NCBI GenBank assembly: GCA_027067775.1
Contig: JAMOVK010000149.1
Span: 4,379-68,378 of the forward strand
Reading direction: 5' to 3'
DNA from: Deltaproteobacteria bacterium
Lineage (GTDB): Bacteria; Desulfobacterota; Dissulfuribacteria; Dissulfuribacterales; QOAL01
DNA length: 64,000 nucleotides
Shown: positions 41,460 to 51,817 of the stretch, piece by piece
Position numbering within the stretch: the stretch's first letter is position 1
Layout: each line of letters begins with the position of its first letter
Notes under the pieces: model-generated
Told to the model about the DNA's origin: nothing
The model's input: only the letters and a program-made list of their open reading frames with translations
Database searches by the model: none
Program-made: the position numbers and the translations under genes

Positions 41460-42555
41460 CATTGTCACAAAGATGATTCTCAAGGAGGTTGCCCTGCCCT
41501 TTTTCTTTTGCCTCGGGGCCATGAGCCTTCTTTTCCTCGTAGGAAAACTATTTACCCATCTTGAGCCCTTGCTTGCAGCAGGCATAAGCCTGAAAGAATT
41601 TGTAAAACTCAACCTGCTTATGCTGCCCATATTTCTGTACATTCTCATCCCCATATGCACCCTTCTAGGTGTCCTGATTGCCTTTATAAGGCTTTCCAGG
41701 GACAGCGAGATCATAGCCCTGTATGCATGTGGAACTGGCCCTTCAAGGCTCCTAACACCTGTGGCCCTGATAAGTGTCTTTGCCTTTGTTGCAGGTCTTT
41801 TCATATCTGGCATGGTGGTGCCACAGGCCAAAAGACAGACAAGCAGGTTTATGGATGACATAACTGAAAAGGCCCTGATGAGAGGGCTGCCTGAAAAACA
41901 GTTTTTCACCCCGATAAAGGGCCTCACCTTTTTTGTGGACAAGGCCGTGAAAGGCACGAGAAGATATCAGGGAATTTACATAAGAGATGCACGAAGCAAG
42001 GGCATGACATATTCCATATTGGCCAAAAGAGGAAGCCTGTCTACAGACATCAAGTCTGGAAGGATGGCCCTTGAACTTACAGATGGAGAATTGGTCAGAG
42101 TTGATCAGAATTACAATCTGTCTGATACCATAACATTTGCCAGGTATATCCTTTCCCTTACTGCAGCATCACAAGCCAACAAGAAAAGACGGGGCGAGAT
42201 GACGACATTTGAACTCTACACGGCTGCCAGGACGCCGGGAATATCGCCAAGGGACCAGATAAAATATCTCATAGAATTCCACAAACGCATAGGAGTGCCC
42301 TTTGGGGCGCTGCTCCTTGGAATGCTTGCAGCTCCCCTTGGCATTTATTTTGGAAGAGGTGGAGTATCGGCAGGAATCTGCGCTGGACTGAGCGCCTTTC
42401 TCGTCTATTATCTTTCTATACTCTTTGGCACAACCATGGCAGAAGAAAGGATCCTAAGCCCAGGCCTTGGCGTGTGGCTTCCAAACCTGGCCTTTTCCAT
42501 ACTTGTTGCCTACTGTGTAAGTCTTCTCTATAAAAGAGGACCCATATTCAGATAA
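41449..42555 (+). CDS. lptF: LPS export ABC transporter permease LptF (YjgP/YjgQ family)
   Basis: MFSNIVTKMILKEVALPFFF.. The six-TM layout with a large periplasmic loop is typical of the family. Start at ATG 41449, overlapping the rfbD end. Confidence 0.8.
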   Translation: MFSNIVTKMILKEVALPFFFCLGAMSLLFLVGKLFTHLEPLLAAGISLKEFVKLNLLMLPIFLYILIPICTLLGVLIAFIRLSRDSEIIALYACGTGPSRLLTPVALISVFAFVAGLFISGMVVPQAKRQTSRFMDDITEKALMRGLPEKQFFTPIKGLTFFVDKAVKGTRRYQGIYIRDARSKGMTYSILAKRGSLSTDIKSGRMALELTDGELVRVDQNYNLSDTITFARYILSLTAASQANKKRRGEMTTFELYTAARTPGISPRDQIKYLIEFHKRIGVPFGALLLGMLAAPLGIYFGRGGVSAGICAGLSAFLVYYLSILFGTTMAEERILSPGLGVWLPNLAFSILVAYCVSLLYKRGPIFR

Positions 42556-42558
42556 GCC

Positions 42559-43620
42559 ATGATAATCCAACGATATATAGCAAGGAGATACTGTGCCTAT
42601 CTGGGAATATTGTTTTTTGGCCTCACGGGTCTTTATCTTCTAATAGAGGCATTTGAAAGGCTTCCAGACTTCCTTGGAAAGGGAGTCAGTTTTCTCACAA
42701 TACTGGTCTACTTTGCACTGTTATGCCCTAAGATCATATATCAACTCTGTCCCCTTGCCATACTCCTGGCTGGCCTTCTTACCATGGTCACCCTTGGAAA
42801 AAGCAAAGAGATAATGGCCATGCGTTCGGTGGGCATCTCACCGAGGCGGATTTTCATGCCCGTAATGGCCTCTGCCACATCTTTTGCCGTTCTCTTTATG
42901 GCAATGAACCTCTTTTTGGTGCCAAAGGCACAAGAGGCAGCGGGGTTTATTCTCCAGATGGAACTTGGAGCGGGCAAGAAAAAAGGGATTATGGTTCGAG
43001 GAGGACAACTGTTTTACAGGGGCAAGGATTCCATCCTGTCTGCAGAGCTTATTGTACCAGATGCACAGGAGCTTTCTGGCATCCAGTGGCTGTTTTTTGA
43101 TCCAGACTACTCCTTGAGGGAGTTCATTGCAGCCCCAGCTGCAAAATTTCTTAAAGGAAAATGGTATTTTTTTAATGGCCTTCATCAGACCAAAAATCAG
43201 GTGAACTTTTTCAAGACCCTAGAAAAGATACTGCCAGTGTCTCCAAAAGATCTTGCAGCCATTGAGACTCCTGTGGAAGAAGCCAGTCCGTGGCTCCTGC
43301 TGAGGGCTGTAAAAAGACTAAAAAGACTGGGCCTGCCTGCCTACAGCCAAGAGATGGTTCTTTTAAGCTACTTTTTTTATCCTTTCCTTGGCGTCTCCTT
43401 ACTATTTTTCTGCCTGCCAGTGGCCTTTTACAGGCTCCAGGGAGGGGCTGCCTTTGGCCTGATACTCGGGACCCTGGTGGCCTTTTCAGTATGGGCGCTA
43501 TGGAATATGCTTGTATCAATGGGAAAAACAGGAACGATTCCACCCGTGGCCTCAGCCATGCTTCCCCACGCCTTTCTTATAGGTAGCGGGATATGGCTAA
43601 GAAAAAAAATGAAATTTTAG
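42559..43620 (+). CDS. lptG: LPS export ABC transporter permease LptG
   Basis: MIIQRYIARRY.. Same YjgP/YjgQ architecture, immediately after lptF. Confidence 0.8.
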   Translation: MIIQRYIARRYCAYLGILFFGLTGLYLLIEAFERLPDFLGKGVSFLTILVYFALLCPKIIYQLCPLAILLAGLLTMVTLGKSKEIMAMRSVGISPRRIFMPVMASATSFAVLFMAMNLFLVPKAQEAAGFILQMELGAGKKKGIMVRGGQLFYRGKDSILSAELIVPDAQELSGIQWLFFDPDYSLREFIAAPAAKFLKGKWYFFNGLHQTKNQVNFFKTLEKILPVSPKDLAAIETPVEEASPWLLLRAVKRLKRLGLPAYSQEMVLLSYFFYPFLGVSLLFFCLPVAFYRLQGGAAFGLILGTLVAFSVWALWNMLVSMGKTGTIPPVASAMLPHAFLIGSGIWLRKKMKF

Positions 43621-43631
43621 GGGATGTGACA

Positions 43632-44264
43632 ATGGACAAAAAAACACTTGTAGAAGAGATAATAAGGCGGCTTGAAAAAGAGTACGGCCAGGTCCGTACT
43701 GCCCTCAAGTTTAACAACCCCTTTGAGCTCCTTGTTGCCGTTGTACTTTCTGCCCAGTGCACAGACGAAAGGGTCAATGCCATAACGCCACAACTTTTCA
43801 AACGATTTCCAGGCCCAAGGGAAATGGCCCAGGCGGACCTTTCGGAGATCGAACAACTCGTGCGGTCCTGCAGCTTCTTCAGGAACAAGGCAAAAAACAT
43901 ACACGAGGCAGCCAAAATGATTGTTGGTGAGTTTGGAGGCAAGGTGCCGGATACCATGGAGGACCTCATCAGACTTCCTGGAGTTGCCAGGAAAACCGCC
44001 AACGTGGTTCTTTACAACGCCTTTGGGAAAAACGAGGGGATTGCAGTAGACACCCATGTAAAAAGATTGGTGAACAGGCTTGGCATTACAGAGCAGACCA
44101 ATCCGGTAAAGATTGAACAGGAACTGATGAAACTTGTACCAAGAAAATACTGGGGCCTTTTTACATATCTTTTGATCGAGCATGGCAGAAAGGTCTGCAG
44201 GGCCAAAAGGCCTGATTGCAAAAGATGCGTATTGAAAGACATCTGCCCGATGGGAAAGTCTTGA
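43632..44264 (+). CDS. nth: endonuclease III
   Basis: ..NPFELLVAVVLSAQCTDERVN.., HhH-GPD (..LPGVARKTANVVL..) and the 4Fe-4S cluster CRAKRPDCKRCVLKDIC. Start 43632 preferred; 43593 is possible. Confidence 0.9.
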   Translation: MDKKTLVEEIIRRLEKEYGQVRTALKFNNPFELLVAVVLSAQCTDERVNAITPQLFKRFPGPREMAQADLSEIEQLVRSCSFFRNKAKNIHEAAKMIVGEFGGKVPDTMEDLIRLPGVARKTANVVLYNAFGKNEGIAVDTHVKRLVNRLGITEQTNPVKIEQELMKLVPRKYWGLFTYLLIEHGRKVCRAKRPDCKRCVLKDICPMGKS

Positions 44265-44270
44265 GGAAGG

Positions 44271-45110
44271 TTGAAAATGAAAGATTACGTCCTTCAGGTT
44301 CAGGATGCTGTTGAATTTCTGAAAGAAAAACTACCCTTTGTCCCCACTGTAACACTTATAGTAGGAACAGGCCTGGGAGAACTGGTCCAGGCCATGGAGA
44401 CAGAGGTTGTAATGGATTATGGCGAGATTCCAAACTTTCCGGTATCAACGGCCCCTGACCATGCAGGAAGGCTTCACGTAGGCAGAATAGGCGGTACAAG
44501 ATGTGCCCTTTTCCAAGGCCGTTTTCATTTTTATGAAGGCTATTCAACAAAACAGCTGGCCCTTCCTGTAAGGGCTATGTCTCTTTTTGGCTCCAGGGTG
44601 CTCATTGCATGTAATGCAGCAGGGGGGCTAAATCTGGACTTTGAATCAGGCGACCTCATGCTCATAAAAGACCATATAAATCTCATTCCAGAAAGTCCAT
44701 TAAGGGGAGAAAACGTGGATGAATGGGGTCCGCGTTTCCCTGACATGTCCAGGGCCTACAGCAAAAGTCTGAGAGAGCTTGCAAGACGAGTTGGGGCAAG
44801 CAGTGGAGTACTTCTCAGGGAAGGGGTGTTTGTTGCAGTGCCTGGCCCTCAGCTTGAGACACCGGCAGAGACTAGATACCTGAGGCTTATAGGTGCTGAC
44901 GCCGTAGCCATGTCCCTTGTACCCGAGGTCATTACAGCGGTTCATGGAGGCATGAAGGTGCTAGGGATCTCCGTTATTGCCAATGTCAACAATCCAGATG
45001 ATTTCACACCTATATTCATAGAAGATGTAATAGCCCAGGCCAAGAAGGCCGAAGTCAGGCTTGAACGACTGCTAATAGGAATTCTGACAGAGTTTGAAGA
45101 CCATGAATGA
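44271..45110 (+). CDS. purine (or methylthioinosine) nucleoside phosphorylase, trimeric PunA/MTAP class
   Basis: ..GTGLG.., ..HAGRL..G.., ..FQGRFHFYEGY.., ..NAAGGLN.., ..GPQLETPAE... Confidence 0.85.
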   Translation: MKMKDYVLQVQDAVEFLKEKLPFVPTVTLIVGTGLGELVQAMETEVVMDYGEIPNFPVSTAPDHAGRLHVGRIGGTRCALFQGRFHFYEGYSTKQLALPVRAMSLFGSRVLIACNAAGGLNLDFESGDLMLIKDHINLIPESPLRGENVDEWGPRFPDMSRAYSKSLRELARRVGASSGVLLREGVFVAVPGPQLETPAETRYLRLIGADAVAMSLVPEVITAVHGGMKVLGISVIANVNNPDDFTPIFIEDVIAQAKKAEVRLERLLIGILTEFEDHE

Positions 45111-46431
45111 AACCAAGGAAGAGTTGATCCTTAGAGGAGAGTTCGTTCTTGCCTCTCCCTTTGAAGAGCCCATAAAAGGCGGGGCGGTAGTAATAAAGAA
45201 AGACCGCATTGTTGAATGCGGCCCATGGACAGATATTGAATCAAAATACCCTGGGGCAAGGCTTTTAGAACGCTCCAGCGGACTGATAGCACCAGGTCTG
45301 ATAAACTGTCATACCCATGCACCCATGGTGCTTCTAAGGGGCATGGCTGACGACCTGCCGCTCAAGACCTGGCTCGAGAAATACATATTTCCTGCAGAGG
45401 CCTGTCTCACCAAAGAAATCGTAAAGACTGCCACCCTTCTTGCCTGTGCTGAAATGATAAGGAGTGGCACCACTACCTTTGTGGACATGTACTTCTTTGA
45501 AAGACAGATGGCCCAGGTTGTTGAACAGGTAGGCCTTAGAGCCTACCTTGGTGAAGGAATATTTGACTTTCCCTCCCCTGCCTTTGAAAACGCAGAAAAG
45601 GTAATGGAGGAGACCAGGGATCTTGTTGTCCATTACAAAGACAATCCACTCATAAACTTTACCGTTGATCCCCACACCCCATACACCTGCAGCTCAAACA
45701 TCCTCGTTGCATCGGCAGAGTTTGCCAGGGCCCACAGGCTTCCCATTGTAACCCATCTTTCCGAGACAAGGTGGGAGTTTGACGAAACCCGCTCCATTCA
45801 CTCAAAAACCCCGGTAAAATACCTTGACGAGCTTGGGCTTCTTGGCCCTGACCTTGTCGCTGTGCACTGTGTGTGGCTTGAAGAGTCTGACATAGACCTT
45901 CTGGCCCAGAAAAATGTAAACGTTGTCCACTGTCCTGAAAGCAACCTGAAGCTAGGCTCTGGCATAAGCCCGCTGGCAAGGCTTCTTGACGCCAGGGTAA
46001 ACGTGGCCCTTGGAACCGACGGGGCTGCAAGTAACAACAATCTTGATATGCTTGGCGAGATGGATGTTGCGGCAAAGTTGCCCAAGGGGATCCTGCAGGA
46101 CCCGTCTGTTGTTACTGCTGAACAGGCAATGTATATGGCAACCGAGGCCGGCGCCAAGGCAATGGGAGCAAAAGATCTTGGAAGGCTTGAACCTGGATTT
46201 CAGGCGGATCTTATTGTCATCGATCTTGATCGGCCACATCTGAGACCTTGCTACAATCCTGTATCACAAATGGTTTACTCTGCCACTGGTGGCGATGTAT
46301 CAGATGTAATGGTGGCTGGAAAGTTCGTAATGGAAAAGGGCAGACTTGTCACGATAGACGAAGAAAAACTGCTGTCACAGATCAGATCTTTCCAGAATCA
46401 GCCATTTTGGCAAGAAGGGCCTTGTAGCTGA
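45094..46431 (+). CDS. mtaD: amidohydrolase, 5-methylthioadenosine/S-adenosylhomocysteine deaminase-like
   Basis: ..PGLINCHTHAPM.LLRG.ADD.PL..WL.. and ..HLSET.., ..VHCV.., ..LGTDGAASNN.. match the MtaD/guanine-deaminase-class layout. Confidence 0.8.
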   Translation: MKTMNETKEELILRGEFVLASPFEEPIKGGAVVIKKDRIVECGPWTDIESKYPGARLLERSSGLIAPGLINCHTHAPMVLLRGMADDLPLKTWLEKYIFPAEACLTKEIVKTATLLACAEMIRSGTTTFVDMYFFERQMAQVVEQVGLRAYLGEGIFDFPSPAFENAEKVMEETRDLVVHYKDNPLINFTVDPHTPYTCSSNILVASAEFARAHRLPIVTHLSETRWEFDETRSIHSKTPVKYLDELGLLGPDLVAVHCVWLEESDIDLLAQKNVNVVHCPESNLKLGSGISPLARLLDARVNVALGTDGAASNNNLDMLGEMDVAAKLPKGILQDPSVVTAEQAMYMATEAGAKAMGAKDLGRLEPGFQADLIVIDLDRPHLRPCYNPVSQMVYSATGGDVSDVMVAGKFVMEKGRLVTIDEEKLLSQIRSFQNQPFWQEGPCS

Positions 46432-47176
46432 TACCGGCCTGCTTAAAACCCTGCCGTCCAAAGTGTATATTTGCCTCAAAGATCAGGGGCCCCCTGTCTG
46501 ACATACAGATATCAAAACCAGCATGATCAATGGAACAGCGTTCTGCTGCCAATAGGGCAAGATCTACAGCCTGCCCTGGCACATTATGAAAATCAATGCA
46601 TGCACCTTGGGCCACGTTTGTTTTGAACTCGTCTCCTGCAGCCTTCTTCCAATAAGAGAGAACCGCCTCCCTGCCTATAACTACTACACGGATATCTTTG
46701 TCCACAGGGATATACTCCTGGATATAGGCAACAGATACCAGATCTAAATAGCTCTCAAGGACCTGCTCGTTCCTAATCAGGTACACCCCCTGCCCCCTTG
46801 ATGAACCAACAGGGATCTTTGCCACAAAGGGAAAGGAAAAGTGGTCAAGGATCTCTTCCTTTTTATCAGGACCTGTAAAGAGCCTGGTGCAAGGTATAGA
46901 AATGGAGGCTGCCTCAAAGGTCTGGAGTTGGCGGATCTTGTTTCCAAGAAGCAGGTAGCTTGAAAGGCTTGGAAAAATCTCTTTTCCTGTACATGAAAAA
47001 ACAGGGGCGTAGTGTAGGGTTGGGAAATAGATCCTCTTTGCATCTCTTATCAAGCATCTTTCTTCTTCGAGATAATCAGACCAGTTATATCTAAGCGGAA
47101 TACAGCGTACAGAAGAGGCCTTTAGAAGTTTTGAACCAAGGCAGACTTTATTATTATCGGATCGGGGTTCTGTCAT
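46382..47176 (-). CDS. ATP-grasp domain protein (RimK-like ligase family)
   Basis: 264 aa. ..FPFVAKIPVGSSRGQGVYLI.., ..YIQEYIP..KDIRVVVIG.., ..GFDI......PLIFEAN.. is the ATP-grasp pattern. Last gene of the 51817->46382 operon. Confidence 0.7.
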   Translation of the reverse strand: MTEPRSDNNKVCLGSKLLKASSVRCIPLRYNWSDYLEEERCLIRDAKRIYFPTLHYAPVFSCTGKEIFPSLSSYLLLGNKIRQLQTFEAASISIPCTRLFTGPDKKEEILDHFSFPFVAKIPVGSSRGQGVYLIRNEQVLESYLDLVSVAYIQEYIPVDKDIRVVVIGREAVLSYWKKAAGDEFKTNVAQGACIDFHNVPGQAVDLALLAAERCSIDHAGFDICMSDRGPLIFEANIHFGRQGFKQAGISYKALLAKMADSGKI

Positions 47177-47211
47177 TTAATCTGTTAAAACCATTAACTT
47201 TCTCTACTTAA

Positions 47212-49497
47212 TCAAAGAAGTCTTTCAAGCTCCACCTTCACCTGTTGAATTACATTATTGGTTGTATTTGACGTGGACAATCTAAAAATTTTGGCTGTTG
47301 GATACCAGGATGATTCAGAGCCGTGAACAGGCCAGCACCAATGACTTTGACCCTTGATCAGGATCCATACAGGTATTCCCAAGCCCCCAGCCAGATGTAC
47401 TACAGGACAATCAATAGTGATTACCAGATCAAGCTGCGTAATAAAGGCCGCCATATGCGCAAGATTGACCATTTTACGATCTAGAGGTTCCATTCCACAT
47501 TCTCCAGCCATCTTCTCGTGGACAGGATTTGACAGGCTTTGAAGACCAAAAAAATCGATCCCTTCTAAACTTGTTAATGGAATAAAATCTTCTAGACCAA
47601 ATGGCTGGAATAATGAACTTTCATTAGACCAAAAAAGTCCGACCTTCAATTCCCCATGTCCTTTAATAGGGGAAACCGCCACCTCTGATGGCACCTTTAG
47701 GTAAGGTGGTCTTTCTCCTGCATCTGGAACCAAAGGGTCAAATATAGATTTAAGACATGGAAGTCTCAACAAAGGACAGTAAACATCAAACTCATGGTCA
47801 TGAATATTAAACGGCAACCGGGCCAAAGAAACTCCAGGAACCTCTTCCATAAGAACCTGGAGCGGTTCTGGTGATGCTATTATCAAATGTTCACAAAGTT
47901 GAGATACAACAGAAAAAAGCCTGGCTAAAACTATGGCGTCTTGAATGCTTTGCTCCAGATGGATCAGCAGTTTCTTCCTGCCAAGGGCCTCACCAGACCA
48001 GATGGGATTCAAAGAATTAAATGCCTGAAAACCGGCCGTTTTTCTCCGCCACTGATATTCTTTCCAGCCCTGGCGGAACCTTCCAAGGCGCAGTAAAAGC
48101 CTGCCTTTGGCATAGTGGGCTGCAGCATAACCCCTGTCTGCCTCTAGAGCCCTGTCATAAAATTCAAGTGCCCTGTTATACTGTTCAAGCTCTACAAAAC
48201 AGTTTCCAAGAAGCAGACAGGCACTGGCATTTTCTGGATTATCTCTGTAGACCTTTTCCAAGATGTCAACAGCCTCTTCCCAATTGCCAAGGGCTGCTAA
48301 CGTATCTCCAAGAATATATGCGGCCCTGGTGTTATGAGGAGCCATCTTGAGTAACACCTTTAGCTTCTCTGCAGCATCCCGCAGCTTTCCATCCCTACGA
48401 AGAACAATGGCCTCATTAATCCTTGCCTCATCCGGGTCCTGTTGGGCCAAATCCTTGAGAGCCTCCTTTGGCAAAGAATATGACGTTCTTACAAGTGGAT
48501 CAGCAACATCTAAAATTACAGGGTTCTTCCATGGCAAAATCTCAACTGCAAAAATCTCATGAACCCCTGCATCAAACTGCAACCACCCAAGAACATTGCC
48601 CTTTCTCAAATCTACCAACCAAATACCACAAAAACGTTCTGAAAAACGTTTTGTCAGCGGAAGTCCTGAAAATACTGCAGTCTCTCTGACCCTAGAAAGT
48701 CCAATCAGGGCATAAGGCCCTACGAATGATATCCCCCTGCAGAAACCAGGAACTTCAGCAACAGTTTCTGATTTGCCATCTTCAGGATTTACAGTGATGA
48801 TCTTGCCTGTACCAGACTCAAGTACATAGAGCTTACCATTATACCATCGGGGAGAATGTGGCATGGAAAGACCTCTGCGGATTATTCGACCAGTTTCTAT
48901 ATCCACCAGGATTCCTCCAGAGGTCTTTGTCTCTCTCCATCCTCCAGGTGTATCAGCCTCTCCAAGGGCTGTAACGTAAGCAGGCCTCCCATCTCGCATG
49001 GCTATACCATTTAGATGGCACCTGTCACTCAAGTCATAGGCGCTAATGAAAGGAGGCCTCCATCGTGGCACTACACTATGTTCATGGTCTAAAGTACACA
49101 GACAGGACATTCGCGTATTTAAAAACCACAGTTCCCCTTCACTATCAAAAGCCATTTCGTGAATATCTATGTCTCCAGTTATATGTAACCTTCGGGGAAT
49201 AAAACATGCATCGTGACAGGTGGCAGAATCTACCTTAGAGGCCACATCTGGCATATTAAAATAGTCCCAGATCTGATATCCGGTCCCTACGGATAGTCTT
49301 GCTCCATTTGCTGCCATGCCCATTGGTTTTGACATGGCCACAAAATGGGTATTAAGCACCCTACCAGGCCTGAGAAGTATTAGCCTGCCTGCCTGATATG
49401 TGGAAATCAAGACAGAAACCCCTGCCTTAAGCAGAAATTCATTAAAGACAGGGGTATATTTGCTAGAAAAATTTGCTTGAGAGGGATGATTAGCCAT
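47212..49497 (-). CDS. three-part fusion: TIGR03032/DUF4915-like N-terminal domain + TPR repeats + GT9-like (heptosyltransferase-fold) C-terminal domain
   Basis: The N-terminal ~340 aa (..ISTYQAGRL..., ..HEMAFD..G.LWF.NT..SCL.., ..DRCHLNG.A...G.P.YVTA.., ..[19 protein letters not shown]..) match my memory of the uncharacterised TIGR03032 family. The middle has TPR-like repeats (..[14 protein letters not shown]...). The C-terminus ..[28 protein letters not shown]....[10 protein letters not shown] has the GT9-like pattern. The ATG overlaps the stop of the upstream surface-protein gene (gATGGCTAA). Confidence 0.7.
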   Translation of the reverse strand: MANHPSQANFSSKYTPVFNEFLLKAGVSVLISTYQAGRLILLRPGRVLNTHFVAMSKPMGMAANGARLSVGTGYQIWDYFNMPDVASKVDSATCHDACFIPRRLHITGDIDIHEMAFDSEGELWFLNTRMSCLCTLDHEHSVVPRWRPPFISAYDLSDRCHLNGIAMRDGRPAYVTALGEADTPGGWRETKTSGGILVDIETGRIIRRGLSMPHSPRWYNGKLYVLESGTGKIITVNPEDGKSETVAEVPGFCRGISFVGPYALIGLSRVRETAVFSGLPLTKRFSERFCGIWLVDLRKGNVLGWLQFDAGVHEIFAVEILPWKNPVILDVADPLVRTSYSLPKEALKDLAQQDPDEARINEAIVLRRDGKLRDAAEKLKVLLKMAPHNTRAAYILGDTLAALGNWEEAVDILEKVYRDNPENASACLLLGNCFVELEQYNRALEFYDRALEADRGYAAAHYAKGRLLLRLGRFRQGWKEYQWRRKTAGFQAFNSLNPIWSGEALGRKKLLIHLEQSIQDAIVLARLFSVVSQLCEHLIIASPEPLQVLMEEVPGVSLARLPFNIHDHEFDVYCPLLRLPCLKSIFDPLVPDAGERPPYLKVPSEVAVSPIKGHGELKVGLFWSNESSLFQPFGLEDFIPLTSLEGIDFFGLQSLSNPVHEKMAGECGMEPLDRKMVNLAHMAAFITQLDLVITIDCPVVHLAGGLGIPVWILIKGQSHWCWPVHGSESSWYPTAKIFRLSTSNTTNNVIQQVKVELERLL

Positions 49498-51817
49498 CCT
49501 CAGACATTTTCTTTTTCTGTCTGAAAAAGACTGCTCCCAGCAACATAAGGCCTATCATTGATATCTTTTTACCCAGACCAGATACGGTTGGCACGCCAAT
49601 AATTGCATTTGCCTCTGTTCTGTCCTCATTGCCTGGAGCCGTCGGGTCATCGCTCAGAACACTATGTTGTCGATCATCTGAGCCAATATTCCCATCGTCA
49701 TCCGCGTCCCAGTATCCTGTTGCCTGATTGTAGACCGATGTTACACCATCTCTTACTGTGGTTTTAAATGTAATAACTACTTCATTAGAGGCACTGTTTT
49801 CATCTGTTGCACCAGGATCGGGAGCTATTCTGCCCTCCCAGACAACCATATTGTTTGCAGCATCATATTCACACCGGGACGTAACCGACGCTCCCTGCGG
49901 AATGCATTGTAAACTTCCGCTAATATAAGTTAATTCTGGTTGGACAGGATCTTCTACAAGAACATGTTCAGCATCTGCGTTGCTGTTATTTATCCATACC
50001 ATTTTCCATTCTATTTCTGGCCAACCGGCAGGATCAACCACCTTGATTGCAAAAGGCGGATCAAATACCCGGGGTGCTCGATTGATTGTCAGGCTCACAC
50101 GGGCCGTATCGCAGTCTCCATTGGAATCACAGATCTGGTATTCTAGCTTGTCATCGCCAAAGTAGTCGGGATCAGGGGTGTATTCTATATAATCGTCAGT
50201 AGGATCGTCTGGCGTACCACTGTCTTTTACTTCTGCCGTACCGTGTTGAGGACCCGCGGTGATTGTAATGGTCCCGTTGGAAGCTCCATCTCCTCCAAAA
50301 TCATCGTTGGCCGTTACAGGTATATCTACAGGGGTATCCTCATCGGTAGACGCCACATCGTCGCTGGCAGAAGGCAGATCATTGATTGGCCTGATCGTCA
50401 GGCTCACATGGGCCGTATCGCAGTCTCCATTGGAATCACACAATCTATACTCAAAAACATCTTTGCCATTATAGTTGGCATCTGGCGTATAAGTGATGGT
50501 ATCGTCAGTAGGATCATCTGGTGTGCCTTTATCATTTACTACTGCCGTACCATGAGACGGGTTGGTGGTCACGCTGAGTTTCCCTCGTGGGCCATCCCCT
50601 GTAAAATCATTATTGAGGACGCTCACCTCAACTGGGGTATCCTCATCCGTCTGAGCAGTATCATCAGCAGCATTAGGTAGCTGGTTTTCAAAGGCTCCGA
50701 TATCACATGCAACCGTACCGTCTCCATTTCCATCTATCGGTCTTAAAACATCTCTCTGGTCTGTTGTTACACTAACAGGAGCCTTGGTACAGTTTCCTGC
50801 AGCGTCAATTGCATCAGAGCCAGGAAGAAGGGCATGAGTTTTAGTAAGACCTCCGTTGTCTCTAAGATTGGTATCAAGGTTTAGATTGCCACTTGTAGCT
50901 ACTCCATTGCAACTGGCGTCTCCAAACCAGTTATTGCCCATATCATAAATAGAATTATAATTCACGGGAGCACAGTTTCCAACTCCACCCGTATTTTCAG
51001 CTACTATCGAATTCCATATCTTTAGATAGTCTTCATTATATACACCACTTGCACTTTTTGAATCATTCCCGTTTGATTTATTATGGGTAATGGTTGAATG
51101 TATTATATAACCATAAACATCGTAGCCATTACTGACGCCTCCACCTTTTTGTGCCGTATTGCCTGAAACAGTGGAATTTATAAGCTTGAATAATCCAAAG
51201 GTATCTGTACCAATACCTCCTCCCGTCTGGGCCTCATTTCCAGTAATGGTTGAGCTAATGATAGTTAAAGAACTTCCATCATAATGACCAACACCTCCTC
51301 CAATCCAGTGTGCCGTATTACCGGTTACAGTACAATTTATTATTGTGGTGTTGCTCGAACCAGTATTCACAACACCACCACCTATATGGGCTGCACCACC
51401 TTTAATTGTCATATTGTCAAGTATAAGGTCTCCATTACTTTTGGTCGTAAAAATACGAAATTCTGACGCATTTGAATCTCTTTCTACAGTAGCCCCATTT
51501 CCCTGAATGGTGATCTGCGATGTAATGGCAGGAAGTTCGGAAGTAAGGGTAATTGTACTGTATCCTGGCAATACTATGGTGTCTGCACCATTACCGGCGA
51601 CACATCCTCCTGTGGCAGTATCGCTGTTGGCTGATGTAATTGCATCCGCCAAGGTACAGCTGGCATTGTCTACGGTAATAGTTGCAGCTGTTGTTGTGTT
51701 TGCCGCTGCCAGAGAAAAAGCCGCTGCTGCAAGCATTCCTTTGCCAACCTTGCCTAAAGATCTTCTCTTTTTTCTTCTTTTGACCTTTTTGCGCTTTAGC
51801 GACTCCCTTTTAGTCAT
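49490..51817 (-). CDS. large secreted surface protein: right-handed beta-helix (Pmp-repeat/choice-of-anchor-type) + 2 cadherin/Ig-like repeats + DUF11-like domain + C-terminal TM/basic sorting tail
   Basis: Start taken at ATG 51817, which has AAGGAG upstream; the track TTG start is at 51847. Signal peptide ..[17 protein letters not shown](V/I)..N beta-helix repeats (..[14 protein letters not shown].., ..[16 protein letters not shown].., ..[16 protein letters not shown]..). Two 103-aa repeats [27 protein letters not shown]-terminus [29 protein letters not shown]. Confidence 0.75.
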   Translation of the reverse strand: MTKRESLKRKKVKRRKKRRSLGKVGKGMLAAAAFSLAAANTTTAATITVDNASCTLADAITSANSDTATGGCVAGNGADTIVLPGYSTITLTSELPAITSQITIQGNGATVERDSNASEFRIFTTKSNGDLILDNMTIKGGAAHIGGGVVNTGSSNTTIINCTVTGNTAHWIGGGVGHYDGSSLTIISSTITGNEAQTGGGIGTDTFGLFKLINSTVSGNTAQKGGGVSNGYDVYGYIIHSTITHNKSNGNDSKSASGVYNEDYLKIWNSIVAENTGGVGNCAPVNYNSIYDMGNNWFGDASCNGVATSGNLNLDTNLRDNGGLTKTHALLPGSDAIDAAGNCTKAPVSVTTDQRDVLRPIDGNGDGTVACDIGAFENQLPNAADDTAQTDEDTPVEVSVLNNDFTGDGPRGKLSVTTNPSHGTAVVNDKGTPDDPTDDTITYTPDANYNGKDVFEYRLCDSNGDCDTAHVSLTIRPINDLPSASDDVASTDEDTPVDIPVTANDDFGGDGASNGTITITAGPQHGTAEVKDSGTPDDPTDDYIEYTPDPDYFGDDKLEYQICDSNGDCDTARVSLTINRAPRVFDPPFAIKVVDPAGWPEIEWKMVWINNSNADAEHVLVEDPVQPELTYISGSLQCIPQGASVTSRCEYDAANNMVVWEGRIAPDPGATDENSASNEVVITFKTTVRDGVTSVYNQATGYWDADDDGNIGSDDRQHSVLSDDPTAPGNEDRTEANAIIGVPTVSGLGKKISMIGLMLLGAVFFRQKKKMSEDG
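50080..50700 (-). repeat. tandem ~309-bp (103-codon) intragenic repeat, two units
   Basis: tcaggctcaca(c/t)gggccgtatcgcagtctccattggaatcaca occurs at 50089 and again at 50398 (period 309 bp). The encoded units are the cadherin/Ig-like repeats of the surface protein. Confidence 0.85.

Noticed and set aside
41400-41957. 185-aa minus-strand ORF (similarly 43617..44183, 24951..25445 and 62365..62859)
   Set aside because: All lie antisense within confidently identified genes (lptF, nth, the CheX-like gene and the MCP). Their sequences have no motifs.
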